In this document: one piece after another, positions 29,619-38,800 of the stretch | How positions within the stretch are numbered: the stretch's first letter is position 1 | Layout of the letters: each line of letters starts with the position of its first letter | DNA from: an uncultured Candidatus Actinomarina sp. | GTDB lineage: Bacteria; Actinomycetota; Acidimicrobiia; Actinomarinales; Actinomarinaceae | Length of the DNA: 64,000 bases | Assembly: GCA_902610815.1 (NCBI GenBank) | Contig: CACLXG010000001.1 | Location: 341,573 to 405,572, forward strand | Direction of reading: 5' to 3' | Position numbers and translations under genes: made by a program | The notes under the pieces: model-generated | The model's input: only the letters and a program-made list of their open reading frames with translations | The model's database searches: none | What the model was told of the DNA's origin: nothing

Positions 29619-31133
29619 TTGAAATTTGTAAAAAATCAACATCTTGTCATTTTAGATGTTGAAACAACTGGTATTAAAGCTGGTGTTGATAAAGTTATTG
29701 AACTTTATATGCTAAAACTATTTAATGAGGAGGTTTTAGATGAATATTATTCTAAATTTGATCCTCAAATAGAAATACCCCTCTTTATTTCAAACCTTAC
29801 CGGTATATATCCATGGCATGTAGAAAATTCTCCAAAAATTGAGAATGAAATAGAGAAAATAAAAAATTTCGTGGATGATTCTGTAATAATTGGTCACAAT
29901 TTAAGGTTTGATTTATCTTTCTTAAATTATGAATTGAACAAAAAAAACTTTAATGAATTAAATAATATGACACTGGATACATTAAATCTCTCAAGAGCGT
30001 TGCTGAGAACTAAAGTAAAAAATCATAAACTCGTAACCTTGAGTAAATATTTTAAAACAATTAATCAAAATGAACATAATTCCAAAGCAGATGTACTCAC
30101 AACTTATGAAGTATTTAAACACTTGTCATTATTTGATGAAATCAAAAATAATGAAAGTATTGAAAAAGTTAATAAATTTTTAAACAGTATTGATTCAAAT
30201 TTAAAAAATAAATTTAATTTACAAAATATCCCAACTTCACATGGTGTTTATGTATTTTTAAATAATAAAACTTTAAAGTATGTTGGTAAATCAAGTAATT
30301 TAAGAAATAGAGTCAATTCACATTTAAGCCACTCAAGGAGTTATAAATCAAATAAAATTGTAAATTCTTCAAATAACTTAAAGGTCATAAATCTACCTAA
30401 TGAACTCATTTCATTAATTGTTGAACAACGATTAATAAACAAATTTAAACCTCAACTAAATAGAAGTGGGCGAATACCAAGAAATATATACTGGATAAAA
30501 CTTAAAAGTAACAAATCAAATTTAGAAATTTCAAAAATTGAATTATCAAAAAATACAATTTTTCAAATTGGTCCTTTCTTGAGTTATTCAAAAGCTAAAA
30601 ATTTTAAAAATTTTTTAGATAATAGATTTGAAACAGTTAGATGTAAGAATAATAATTCAAGAAAAACAAAATGTGACATATCTATACTTTTAAATTCACA
30701 ATGTGCATGCATAGATTCATTTAATCTTGAAGAGTATAACTACAACTTAAGAAAAAAACTGGATTTATTTTTTAATGATACAAGTAAAGAAGTAAAGAGA
30801 TTAAACGATAAGTTAAATGCATACTCAAAAGAACAACATTTTGAGGAAGCCCAAAAAATCAAAAATTACATATCATTACTTCAAAATTTTCTTGAGTTCA
30901 ATAGCTTTAAAGAAAAAATAACTTCATTTGATAAACAGACTATTAAAATTTTAGAAAATTTAAACATAGAGATATCTAACACTAGAGTAAATCTTAAAAT
31001 TGAACTAAGTGATGAAGATATTGAGTTTTTAAAAATTAGTCCAAATAACGACACTATTATAAATTTTTATAGTGAACTTCTGTTAATTTTACGTTTCATT
31101 AGAAATAAAGAAGCTTATACAATAGGAAGATGA
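29619..31133 (+). CDS. DEDDh 3'-5' exonuclease (DnaQ/epsilon-like) fused to a GIY-YIG (UvrC/Cho-like) nuclease domain
   Basis: 504 aa. N-terminal Exo motifs are LVILDVETTG (Exo I), IIGHNLRFDLSFL (Exo II) and HNSKADVLTTYEVF (Exo III). A central GIY-YIG motif follows: HGVYVFLNNKTLKYVGKSSNLRNRVNSH. Confidence 0.7.
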   Translation: MKFVKNQHLVILDVETTGIKAGVDKVIELYMLKLFNEEVLDEYYSKFDPQIEIPLFISNLTGIYPWHVENSPKIENEIEKIKNFVDDSVIIGHNLRFDLSFLNYELNKKNFNELNNMTLDTLNLSRALLRTKVKNHKLVTLSKYFKTINQNEHNSKADVLTTYEVFKHLSLFDEIKNNESIEKVNKFLNSIDSNLKNKFNLQNIPTSHGVYVFLNNKTLKYVGKSSNLRNRVNSHLSHSRSYKSNKIVNSSNNLKVINLPNELISLIVEQRLINKFKPQLNRSGRIPRNIYWIKLKSNKSNLEISKIELSKNTIFQIGPFLSYSKAKNFKNFLDNRFETVRCKNNNSRKTKCDISILLNSQCACIDSFNLEEYNYNLRKKLDLFFNDTSKEVKRLNDKLNAYSKEQHFEEAQKIKNYISLLQNFLEFNSFKEKITSFDKQTIKILENLNIEISNTRVNLKIELSDEDIEFLKISPNNDTIINFYSELLLILRFIRNKEAYTIGR

Positions 31134-31723
31134 GTTTATTTTTCAAATCAAATAATTTATCCCTTGGATATGGAAATCAACTTGTTTTAAATAATTTAGA
31201 TATATCACTAAAAGTTTCAAATAATTACGAAATTATTGGAAAAAATGGTTCCGGAAAAACAACTTTAGTTATGTGTATAAGTAATAACTTTATTGGCAAT
31301 ACGTTCAATTCAAATATTGAAAGAGGAGAATGCTCTTTTATGGAGATTGGTTCTAATCCATCATTAATTCCAAAATTATCCCTTGTAGAAAATATAAAAT
31401 ACTTTCTTTACAAAGAAAATATTAATGAAAAGTTAATTATAGAAACACTTAATAAATATCAATTAAATGAATTTAAAGAAGATTTAATTGAGGAATTTTC
31501 AAGTGGAATGGTTAAACGAAGCGAATTGGCTATTGCAGATTTGAAAAAACCAGACGTTCTTTGTATTGACGAACCAAAAGTTTATTTAGATGAAAGTGGA
31601 ATACAGCTTTTATTAGATCTATTAAATTATCGAGAGACACAAAAGATTACTTCAATTTTATCAAGTCAAGAAAGCATAAACGCACTGTCCAATATAGAAA
31701 GAACTATAGATTTAAATGATTAA
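31130..31723 (+). CDS. ccmA: Cytochrome c biogenesis heme exporter ATPase CcmA-like (compact ABC ATPase)
   Basis: 197 aa with Walker A IGKNGSGKTTL, a degenerate signature FSSGMVKRSELA and Walker B LCIDEP. It is the first gene of the ccm cluster. Confidence 0.6.
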   Translation: MSLFFKSNNLSLGYGNQLVLNNLDISLKVSNNYEIIGKNGSGKTTLVMCISNNFIGNTFNSNIERGECSFMEIGSNPSLIPKLSLVENIKYFLYKENINEKLIIETLNKYQLNEFKEDLIEEFSSGMVKRSELAIADLKKPDVLCIDEPKVYLDESGIQLLLDLLNYRETQKITSILSSQESINALSNIERTIDLND

Positions 31724-32351
31724 GAAATACATCATTAAAAAGGAATTTAATTTGGAATTCAGAAATAATACCTCATTATTTTTAATCACACCAACTATGT
31801 GTGTTTTAATTATTGTATTTCCTATTCTTTCAGAAAATAGGTTTCGAGTAGAAAATGATATATTTGTCATTGTCCAGCTTTTATTTCTAATTATTTTTAC
31901 AACACTTTTTTCAATAAGGAACCCTATGGAAGAGCAAGCGCTTATCAAAGAATTAAATTTTGGAACAATAAAAAAAATAGATTACTTTTATAGTAAAACT
32001 ATTGCTGAGCTTGGAATTTTTTATCCTCAAATTATTCTTCTTTTAATTTTGTTTTCAGGTTTCACAAATACTTCTATTAACAATTCAATAATATATATTA
32101 TTTTCTCCGTTTTATTCTTTTGCTTGAATGCAATTATGGTAAATCTATTTTTTCAAATGTATACAAGTTTTAATAGTAGATTTGTACAATTTATTATAAT
32201 TGTTCCAATTTACATTGGGTTTGCAATATTAATTGCTCCAATATGGTTAGGTGTTAATCAAGAAATTAGTAATATTTATTTATTGATGCTTTTAGGAATA
32301 ACTATGATCATTTATTCATTTACTAACTTTTACATAAGGAAAACCCAATGA
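31716..32351 (+). CDS. ccmB: Heme exporter membrane protein CcmB-like
   Basis: 211 aa polytopic membrane protein between ccmA and ccmC. The call is positional plus topology. Confidence 0.5.
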   Translation: MIKKYIIKKEFNLEFRNNTSLFLITPTMCVLIIVFPILSENRFRVENDIFVIVQLLFLIIFTTLFSIRNPMEEQALIKELNFGTIKKIDYFYSKTIAELGIFYPQIILLLILFSGFTNTSINNSIIYIIFSVLFFCLNAIMVNLFFQMYTSFNSRFVQFIIIVPIYIGFAILIAPIWLGVNQEISNIYLLMLLGITMIIYSFTNFYIRKTQ

Positions 32352-33016
32352 TGCTTTATGGACCTCTTGTCGTGTGGCTTCTTGTGACCATCTTTGGTCC
32401 ATATGATGTCACACAAGGTGTATCGTCAAAATTACTTTATATTCATGTTCCAACAGTGTGGATAGCATACTTAGCCTACACTCTTACATTTGTGTATTCT
32501 GCACTATACTTCTTTTCTAAAAAATTTAAATACGACTCTTTAGCTGTTGCTAATGCGAAGTCTGGTGTGGTATTCACCATTGTTACATTGCTATCGGGTT
32601 CTTACTGGGGCAAACAAACATGGGGAACATGGTGGGTTTGGGGTGATGCTAGGCTAAATCTGACTGCAATTCTTTTATTAGTGTATTTGGGATATATTGC
32701 TTCAAGACAATTTAATAAAGATTTAGGAAAAACAGCTAAAAACTCATCGTTGATAGGAATTTTTGGAGTTGTTCAAATACCCATCCTCCATTTTAGTGTT
32801 ATTTGGTGGAGGTCTGTTCACCAACAAGCTAGCATTCTTAGCCAAGAAACTGTAGCCTCTGGAGACGCCCCTATGTCCTCTGACATACTAATTACTCTTT
32901 TACTAAGTGTGCTATTAGTGACTATTGTTCATACATTTCTCACAAAAAGATTCAGAATTTCAAATGATATGTCATGGGACAATTATTTAAATCCTAAATC
33001 AAGGGCTAAAATTTAA
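32348..33016 (+). CDS. ccmC: Heme exporter protein CcmC
   Basis: 222 aa membrane protein with the WWD domain (WGTWWVWGDARL) and a conserved His in TM regions. Confidence 0.85.
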   Translation: MMLYGPLVVWLLVTIFGPYDVTQGVSSKLLYIHVPTVWIAYLAYTLTFVYSALYFFSKKFKYDSLAVANAKSGVVFTIVTLLSGSYWGKQTWGTWWVWGDARLNLTAILLLVYLGYIASRQFNKDLGKTAKNSSLIGIFGVVQIPILHFSVIWWRSVHQQASILSQETVASGDAPMSSDILITLLLSVLLVTIVHTFLTKRFRISNDMSWDNYLNPKSRAKI

Positions 33017-33021
33017 ATAGA

Positions 33022-33423
33022 GTGAAAAAAAATTTTATTATTGTCCTTTTGGGCATTGGATTAATTATTTATGCAAGTTCAATTATTGCATCTAGAAATA
33101 CTATTTACTACTATACGACCTCAGAAACTCTGAATATTGAACTAGAGAATGAAGAAAGAATCAAATTAGGGGGTTTTGTAGTTGAGGGAACTATTGTTAA
33201 AGATGGTGGATTTACAAATTTTACAATAACTGATGGAAATGAAGACATTGAAATAATCTTTGATGGTTTTGTACCAGAATTATTTCAAGAAAATATGGGT
33301 GTGATTCTTGATGGGGTGTTTAGTAATGACACTTTTCTAGCAGATGATATGCTTGTTAAACACGACAACGAATATGTATCAAGCGATGGTGAAACATATA
33401 ACGTAGAAAATTATTCAGAATGA
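33022..33423 (+). CDS. ccmE: Cytochrome c-type biogenesis heme chaperone CcmE
   Basis: 133 aa with an N-terminal transmembrane anchor and OB-fold. The C-terminal heme-binding HxxxY motif is LVKHDNEYVS. Confidence 0.8.
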   Translation: MKKNFIIVLLGIGLIIYASSIIASRNTIYYYTTSETLNIELENEERIKLGGFVVEGTIVKDGGFTNFTITDGNEDIEIIFDGFVPELFQENMGVILDGVFSNDTFLADDMLVKHDNEYVSSDGETYNVENYSE

Positions 33424-35315
33424 TTTACAACACTGGAATTATTTTTAGCTGGATAAGCTTTGCCTTATTGGTAATTTTATTATTTAATAAGAAAGAAATC
33501 TTTACAGAAATACTCGTAAGATTAAACCTCTTTGTACAAGTTTTCTTATTTTGTTTACTGGAAATAGGATTATTTTTGAATGACTTTTCTATTTCTTATA
33601 TAGCAAACTATTCTGCTGAATCTACTCCTCCGTTATATAAGTTTGCTTCTTTATGGGGTTCCTTAGATGGATCTATACTTTTATGGAATCTATGTTTAAG
33701 TTTCTTTATGTATCTTTATTTAAAATCATATAAAGATCTTTCATCAGATATAGATATAAAAATTTTTTCATTAATTATGATCTTTTTTGTTGGATACACA
33801 GTTTTTAGCTCCTCTCCTTTTGCAGGTTGTATTGAACTTGCAGCTATAGGTTGTAATAATTCAAGTTTGTTACCTTTTCAGGAATTAGTAAGCAGTAACA
33901 TTGGGCGTGGTCCTAACCCTTTACTGCAAAATCATCCTCTAATGGCAATCCATCCACCAATGCTATACATAGGATATGTTGGGATGACAATGCCATTTGT
34001 TGCTGCAACAAGCAGGTTGTATTCAAAAAAACAAAATGCCAACGATTGGATAGAGGTTGCTGAAAAAACAACTTATATACCGTGGTTATTTCTAACAATC
34101 GGAATAACACTTGGTGCTGCCTGGTCATACGAAGTTTTAGGCTGGGGAGGATACTGGGCTTGGGATCCAGTTGAAAATGTCTCATTTATACCATGGCTTT
34201 TGGCAACAGCTTTTCTTCATTCAGCAAAAATACAAAAGTCTCAAAATACATTATTAAATTGGAATTACATATTGGTTGGCTTAATGTTTTTATCTACAAT
34301 ATTTGGTACTTTTGTGACAAGATCAGGTGTCTTAATTTCTGTACATGCATTCTCTAATGGGAATATTGGAACTTATCTATTATTTGGAATGATGCTTTTT
34401 GGAATTATTTTTATTGTTATTGGATCAAAGAATATTGAATATTTTTCAAACTCAAAAAAAATAGAAAATTGGTTCGGAAAAGCAGGGTTTTTTGTTTATA
34501 ACAATATTTTCTTATTTTCCTCTGCTCTAGTTATTTTTATCGGAACAATTTTTCCACTAATTTATGAAACGCTTTATGACAGGCAAATAACTATTGGTAG
34601 ATCTTATTACGATATTCTCGTTGGGCCTCTTTTAGTCATATTATTAGGGCTTATGATTTTCTCAATCAAGTTAACTATAAAAAATTTAAATATCAATAAA
34701 TGGTTTAAAGAAAATATGATTTTAATCAATAGCTCATTAGCAATAAGTATTCTTACTCTGCTTACATTTGAAAATTCATATATTTTGGTTGTTACTGTAG
34801 CAGTATCATTTATGTTAATTCTTATAACTGTTAGTAACTTATTTAAAAACTTCAGAAAGTCTAAAATCAATAAATCATACTGGACAGGCCAAATAGCACA
34901 TTTAGGCATTGCTATTTTTGCTTTTGGAATAATTTTGAATGTAAGTCAGAGTTACTCAACTGAAAAAGAAATCAATTCATTTGAAGAATTTAGCTTTAAC
35001 AATCAAACTTACTTTGTTTATGACTCAATTGAAGAAAGTTTTCCTGAAAAAAATGTAATAAAACTTCCAATTTCAAATAAAACTACCACTAAATTTACTT
35101 CTTTGAATATATTTAATAATTCTTCTCAACAAGCAATAAGCTCACCTGCAGTGTTTAGAACCTTTTTAAATGATGTATATATAACTGTAAAATTTATCGA
35201 TGAAAATAGTTATAAGCTTATTGTCAGAAATAATTATGGAATTTTTATAATGTGGATAGGATTGTTTGTTTCAAGTATTTCATTTGTACCAAGATTAAGT
35301 AAAAATGAAAAATAG
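33420..35315 (+). CDS. ccmF: Cytochrome c-type biogenesis heme lyase CcmF
   Basis: 631 aa polytopic membrane protein with the WWD domain (WGGYWAWDPVENVSFIPWL). Confidence 0.85.
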   Translation: MIYNTGIIFSWISFALLVILLFNKKEIFTEILVRLNLFVQVFLFCLLEIGLFLNDFSISYIANYSAESTPPLYKFASLWGSLDGSILLWNLCLSFFMYLYLKSYKDLSSDIDIKIFSLIMIFFVGYTVFSSSPFAGCIELAAIGCNNSSLLPFQELVSSNIGRGPNPLLQNHPLMAIHPPMLYIGYVGMTMPFVAATSRLYSKKQNANDWIEVAEKTTYIPWLFLTIGITLGAAWSYEVLGWGGYWAWDPVENVSFIPWLLATAFLHSAKIQKSQNTLLNWNYILVGLMFLSTIFGTFVTRSGVLISVHAFSNGNIGTYLLFGMMLFGIIFIVIGSKNIEYFSNSKKIENWFGKAGFFVYNNIFLFSSALVIFIGTIFPLIYETLYDRQITIGRSYYDILVGPLLVILLGLMIFSIKLTIKNLNINKWFKENMILINSSLAISILTLLTFENSYILVVTVAVSFMLILITVSNLFKNFRKSKINKSYWTGQIAHLGIAIFAFGIILNVSQSYSTEKEINSFEEFSFNNQTYFVYDSIEESFPEKNVIKLPISNKTTTKFTSLNIFNNSSQQAISSPAVFRTFLNDVYITVKFIDENSYKLIVRNNYGIFIMWIGLFVSSISFVPRLSKNEK

Positions 35316-35664
35316 ATATTTAACTCTTTTGCTTTTAGTTTTACTATTTACATTACCTAGTTTATTTCCAGATAATGAATCTAGATATGAACAGTGGAGT
35401 AAATCATTGCTGTGCCCAGTTTGTCAAGGTGAAACTATTTATGATTCTCCGTCCGAATATGCAGACGATATGGGTGCTATCTTGATTGAACAGATTAACG
35501 AAGGCTTAACTGATGATCAAATATATATATTTTGGGTATCAAGATATGGTGAAAGAATTATTACCAACCCAATAAATCGCAATTTAGAAATACTATTTAT
35601 TCCATTGACATTAGTTTTTGGGTTTGTTTTATTGTTTGTTAGGAAATTGTATGTTAAAAAATAA
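35305..35664 (+). CDS. ccmH: Cytochrome c-type biogenesis protein CcmH (CycL)
   Basis: 119 aa with an N-terminal signal/TM, an LCPVCQ (LRCxxC-type) redox motif and a C-terminal transmembrane segment. Confidence 0.75.
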   Translation: MKNRYLTLLLLVLLFTLPSLFPDNESRYEQWSKSLLCPVCQGETIYDSPSEYADDMGAILIEQINEGLTDDQIYIFWVSRYGERIITNPINRNLEILFIPLTLVFGFVLLFVRKLYVKK

Positions 35665-36187
35665 ATGGCTATATGCGGGTCTTTTCATATTTCTATTTCC
35701 ATTCTTTCTTTTAATAAATTTAAATGACAACGCCTCAGAAATTGCTAATCAAAACACTAATTTAGAAGATGTATCAAATGCTGAAATGGAAAAAGTTATA
35801 GAACTAAATCCAGATATATTTCCAATGAGAATTGCACTTGCTAACCGCTATTTCGAAGAATTTAATTACTCAAGTGCTCTTCCCCACTTCATGCACGTTG
35901 CACAAAATTCAGAAGATTTAGAATTAAAAAGTCTTGCTTTAGCTCAAATAGGATGGATGGTTCATGATTCAGGTGACACCCTAACTTCGCTTAATTATAT
36001 CGAAGAAGCTTTAGCTATTTCTCCTGAATCCTTACTAGCAAAAACTTATCTTGGAATTATTCTTATTCAACAAGAGGAAACCAGAAAAGAGGGGTATGAA
36101 ATATTAACATTCCTAAAGACCGATCCTACTTTATCTAATGAAGATCTAGAGATTATTCAAGAAATATTGTCGATATATGAAAATTAA
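35618..36187 (+). CDS. TPR-repeat protein, CcmI/CycH-like
   Basis: 189 aa with an N-terminal transmembrane segment followed by TPR-like repeats (ALANRYFEEFNYSSALPHF..., ALAQIGWMV...). Its position is as for CcmI, and it overlaps ccmH by 47 nt in another frame. Confidence 0.5.
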   Translation: MGLFYCLLGNCMLKNKWLYAGLFIFLFPFFLLINLNDNASEIANQNTNLEDVSNAEMEKVIELNPDIFPMRIALANRYFEEFNYSSALPHFMHVAQNSEDLELKSLALAQIGWMVHDSGDTLTSLNYIEEALAISPESLLAKTYLGIILIQQEETRKEGYEILTFLKTDPTLSNEDLEIIQEILSIYEN

Positions 36188-36665
36188 ACTTTTAATTATT
36201 TTATTATTGTTTTCATTTTGCAGTTCCGAAGTTGTTGACGAAGGAATATTTATTGATCCAGTAGATTTGAAAAATTTAAAAATATTGGAGACAAATGAGA
36301 ATATTGATTTATCTAATAATAATTTTTTAATTATAAACTACTGGGCATCCTGGTGTTTGGAGTGCATAGAGGAACATCCTTATCTCATTGAACTGTCAAA
36401 AACCAAAGGATTTGAAAATTCTGTATTTATGCTTTCTTTTCAAGACAGTAGAGAGAATGCTCTCAAATTTATAAACGAATATGGCGTTGGCAACATTCAG
36501 TACGTAGTTAATCAAAATAGTAAAATCGCAATTTACTCAGGTGTCTTTGGAGTGCCCGAAACACACATTGTAAAAAACGGAGAAGTAATAAAAAAATATA
36601 TTGGTCCAATATCAATAAATGATTTTCAAGAAATAATAAATAATTATTCACATCTAACCAATTAA
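36177..36665 (+). CDS. ccmG: Thiol:disulfide interchange protein CcmG/DsbE (thioredoxin-like)
   Basis: 162 aa with a signal/TM anchor and the WCxxC redox motif (YWASWCLECIEEHP). It is the last gene of the ccm cluster. Confidence 0.75.
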   Translation: MKIKLLIILLLFSFCSSEVVDEGIFIDPVDLKNLKILETNENIDLSNNNFLIINYWASWCLECIEEHPYLIELSKTKGFENSVFMLSFQDSRENALKFINEYGVGNIQYVVNQNSKIAIYSGVFGVPETHIVKNGEVIKKYIGPISINDFQEIINNYSHLTN

Positions 36666-36679
36666 GAATTATTATTATT

Positions 36680-37020
36680 TCTGTGAAATGGATAATCGCG
36701 ATTTATCGAGGAAAGTCCGGACTCCACAGAGTAATAGAGCTGGGTAACTCCCAGGCAAGTAATTGACGGAAAGTGCAACAGAAAACAAACCGCTTATCTT
36801 TGATAAGTAAGGGTGAAAAGGTGGTGTAAGAGACCACCAGTTGTTTAAGTGATTAAACAAGCTTGTAAACCCCTCTAGGAGCAATACTAAGAAGCAATTA
36901 GCTGGCTCGGCAAATAATTGCGGGTAAGTAGCTAGATATATTTGGTAACAAATATACAAGATGGATGATTATCGTATGTGCAAACATATACAGAATCCGG
37001 CTTATAGTTTCACAAAATCA
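36680..37020 (+). ncRNA. rnpB: RNase P RNA (bacterial type A, compact)
   Basis: P4 5' strand AGGAAAGTCCGGACTCCACAG; conserved GGTGAAAAGGTGGTGTAAGAGACCACCAG (P10-P12 region); P4 3' strand ACAGAATCCGGCTTAT. The 5' gtgaaa pairs with the 3' tttcac (P1/P2). The ends are approximate to within ~10 nt. Confidence 0.85.
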
Positions 37021-37044
37021 TGAGTGCCCCTACGGGGGCACTCA
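37021..37044 (+). terminator. Stem-loop immediately 3' of rnpB
   Basis: Stem tgagtgcccc / loop tac / stem gggggcactca, a 10-bp GC-rich stem. There is no clear T-tract downstream on the plus strand, so it may be a processing or stability hairpin rather than a canonical intrinsic terminator. Confidence 0.4.
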
Positions 37045-37075
37045 CCTAAAAATAGTCTTTAGCTAATATATATAA

Positions 37076-38056
37076 ATGACAAAATTTTCTTACTTTCTAG
37101 GATCTGAACAATGGCAACCTGAAGATTTAATAAAGCACGCTGAGATTGCAAGAGAATCAGGCTTTGATATGTTGACTATTTCGGAACACTTTCATCCCTG
37201 GGTTGATGATTATTCAGCTTCTAACTTTACATGGACAACTCTAGGTGCACTTGCTAACAAGCTCCCAGAATTAGATCTTGGCACAGGAGTCACTACCCCA
37301 CTTTGGAGAATACATCCAGGTGTAATAGCTCAAGCTGCTGCAACAGTTGACCGACTTTCACCCTCTACATTTCATTTAGGTGTAGGTACGGGTGAAAATA
37401 TTAATGAAGGACCGTTAGGTTATGATTTTCCAAAATACGAAGAAAGAAAAAATAGACTTATAGAAGCATTAACTATTATAAGAAGATTGCTTGATGGAGA
37501 AAAATTAAACTTTAACGGAGAATACTACACAACAGAAAAAGCAAAATTATATTCCCCTCCAAATGGAAATATCCCAATATGGTTAGCAGCTGGTGGACCC
37601 AAGTCTGCACAGGTAGCTGCTGAATATGCTGATGGACTCATGATAAGTGTTAAAGACCCTAAAGACTCATATGAAAGAGTAATAGATCCTGCAAAGCAGA
37701 GATCCGAAGAATTAAAGAAAGAAAATTTATCAATTCATACTTATAGGTGGACTATGTTTGCTGATAATGATGATGACGCTTGGACAGCACTACGATCATG
37801 GAGGGGCTTAAGAGCACCGAGTAGGCTTCAGCAGCTTGATCCTGAGGCATTGAGAGTTGAGGCAGACAGTTTTCCAAAAGAAGAAATTATGGGTAAATTT
37901 TCAAAAGCATCAACTATCGATGATTTAGTTGGTATTTATAGTCCACTAGTTAATGAATTTGATTCTGATATAGTTACAATTCAAATTTCTTCCATTAATC
38001 AAGAAGAAACAATCAAACTACTTGGCAAAGAGCTTTTGCCTAAATTGCGAAATTAA
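37076..38056 (+). CDS. Luciferase-like monooxygenase (LLM) family oxidoreductase, probably F420-dependent
   Basis: 326 aa with the N-terminal YFLGSEQWQPEDLIKHAEIARESGFDMLTISEHFHPW region typical of LLM class F420-dependent enzymes. Confidence 0.7.
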   Translation: MTKFSYFLGSEQWQPEDLIKHAEIARESGFDMLTISEHFHPWVDDYSASNFTWTTLGALANKLPELDLGTGVTTPLWRIHPGVIAQAAATVDRLSPSTFHLGVGTGENINEGPLGYDFPKYEERKNRLIEALTIIRRLLDGEKLNFNGEYYTTEKAKLYSPPNGNIPIWLAAGGPKSAQVAAEYADGLMISVKDPKDSYERVIDPAKQRSEELKKENLSIHTYRWTMFADNDDDAWTALRSWRGLRAPSRLQQLDPEALRVEADSFPKEEIMGKFSKASTIDDLVGIYSPLVNEFDSDIVTIQISSINQEETIKLLGKELLPKLRN

Positions 38057-38800
38057 GTGATTAAGTATTTTCTGATTGGTTCAATTGGAGGATTACTTTC
38101 TGGAATATTAGGCATAGGAGGAGGAGTTGTTTTCGTTCCTCTTTTAACCTACTTAACAAAAACTGATTTTAAAACCAATACCGGTGTTTCCTCTTTAGCC
38201 GTTGTTTTTGTTGCAACAGGAAGTAGCATTACTTACATTTTTAATGATTTTTCAAGTGGAACAAATTTAGTATTTGAAATTTTAATAATAATTATTGGTG
38301 GAATAATTGGAGGATATTTTGGCAGTAAACTAACTGCAAAAATAAACACTCAATTACTTAAAAAATTATTTTCTATTTTACTGATAGCATCTGCATATAG
38401 AATAATCTTTTCAACAACTGTCACCGCAACTTATGAGGACAATATAATCTTATATTTTTTTATTGGTTTTGTGTCTGGGGTCGGATCTGGTCTTTTAGGT
38501 ATTGGTGGAGGAATAATTAGAATACCAATGTTAATTTTTTTCGGTGGGTTTGAACAAATTATTGCACAAGGGATTTCACTGTTGACAACGATTCCTACTG
38601 CTCTTACTGCTGCTGCAACTAAGATTCGTAAAGAAAAAAATTTACTTAAAATAGGTTTAATAGTTGGAATATTTGGTGTATTAGGTTCAGTAATTGGAGG
38701 TAGTTTAGCTTTCAGTATTATTCCTCGTGATACATTGAGTATTAGTTTTGGAATATTCCTAACTTTAGTTTCTGTAAATATGTTTATTTCTAATAAGTAA
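38057..38800 (+). CDS. TauE/SafE (DUF81) family anion exporter membrane protein
   Basis: 247 aa with two internal repeats carrying GIGGGVVFVPLL and GIGGGIIRIPML motifs. Confidence 0.7.
   Translation: MIKYFLIGSIGGLLSGILGIGGGVVFVPLLTYLTKTDFKTNTGVSSLAVVFVATGSSITYIFNDFSSGTNLVFEILIIIIGGIIGGYFGSKLTAKINTQLLKKLFSILLIASAYRIIFSTTVTATYEDNIILYFFIGFVSGVGSGLLGIGGGIIRIPMLIFFGGFEQIIAQGISLLTTIPTALTAAATKIRKEKNLLKIGLIVGIFGVLGSVIGGSLAFSIIPRDTLSISFGIFLTLVSVNMFISNK

Noticed and set aside
35618-35664. 47-nt out-of-frame overlap of the TPR protein with ccmH as a possible frameshift or fusion
   Set aside because: Both ORFs have plausible independent starts, and CcmH ends with a transmembrane segment. There is no evidence of a disrupted single gene.
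36675-36959. 94-aa ORF on the minus strand
   Set aside because: It lies entirely inside the RNase P RNA gene on the opposite strand, so it is an artefact of the RNA sequence.
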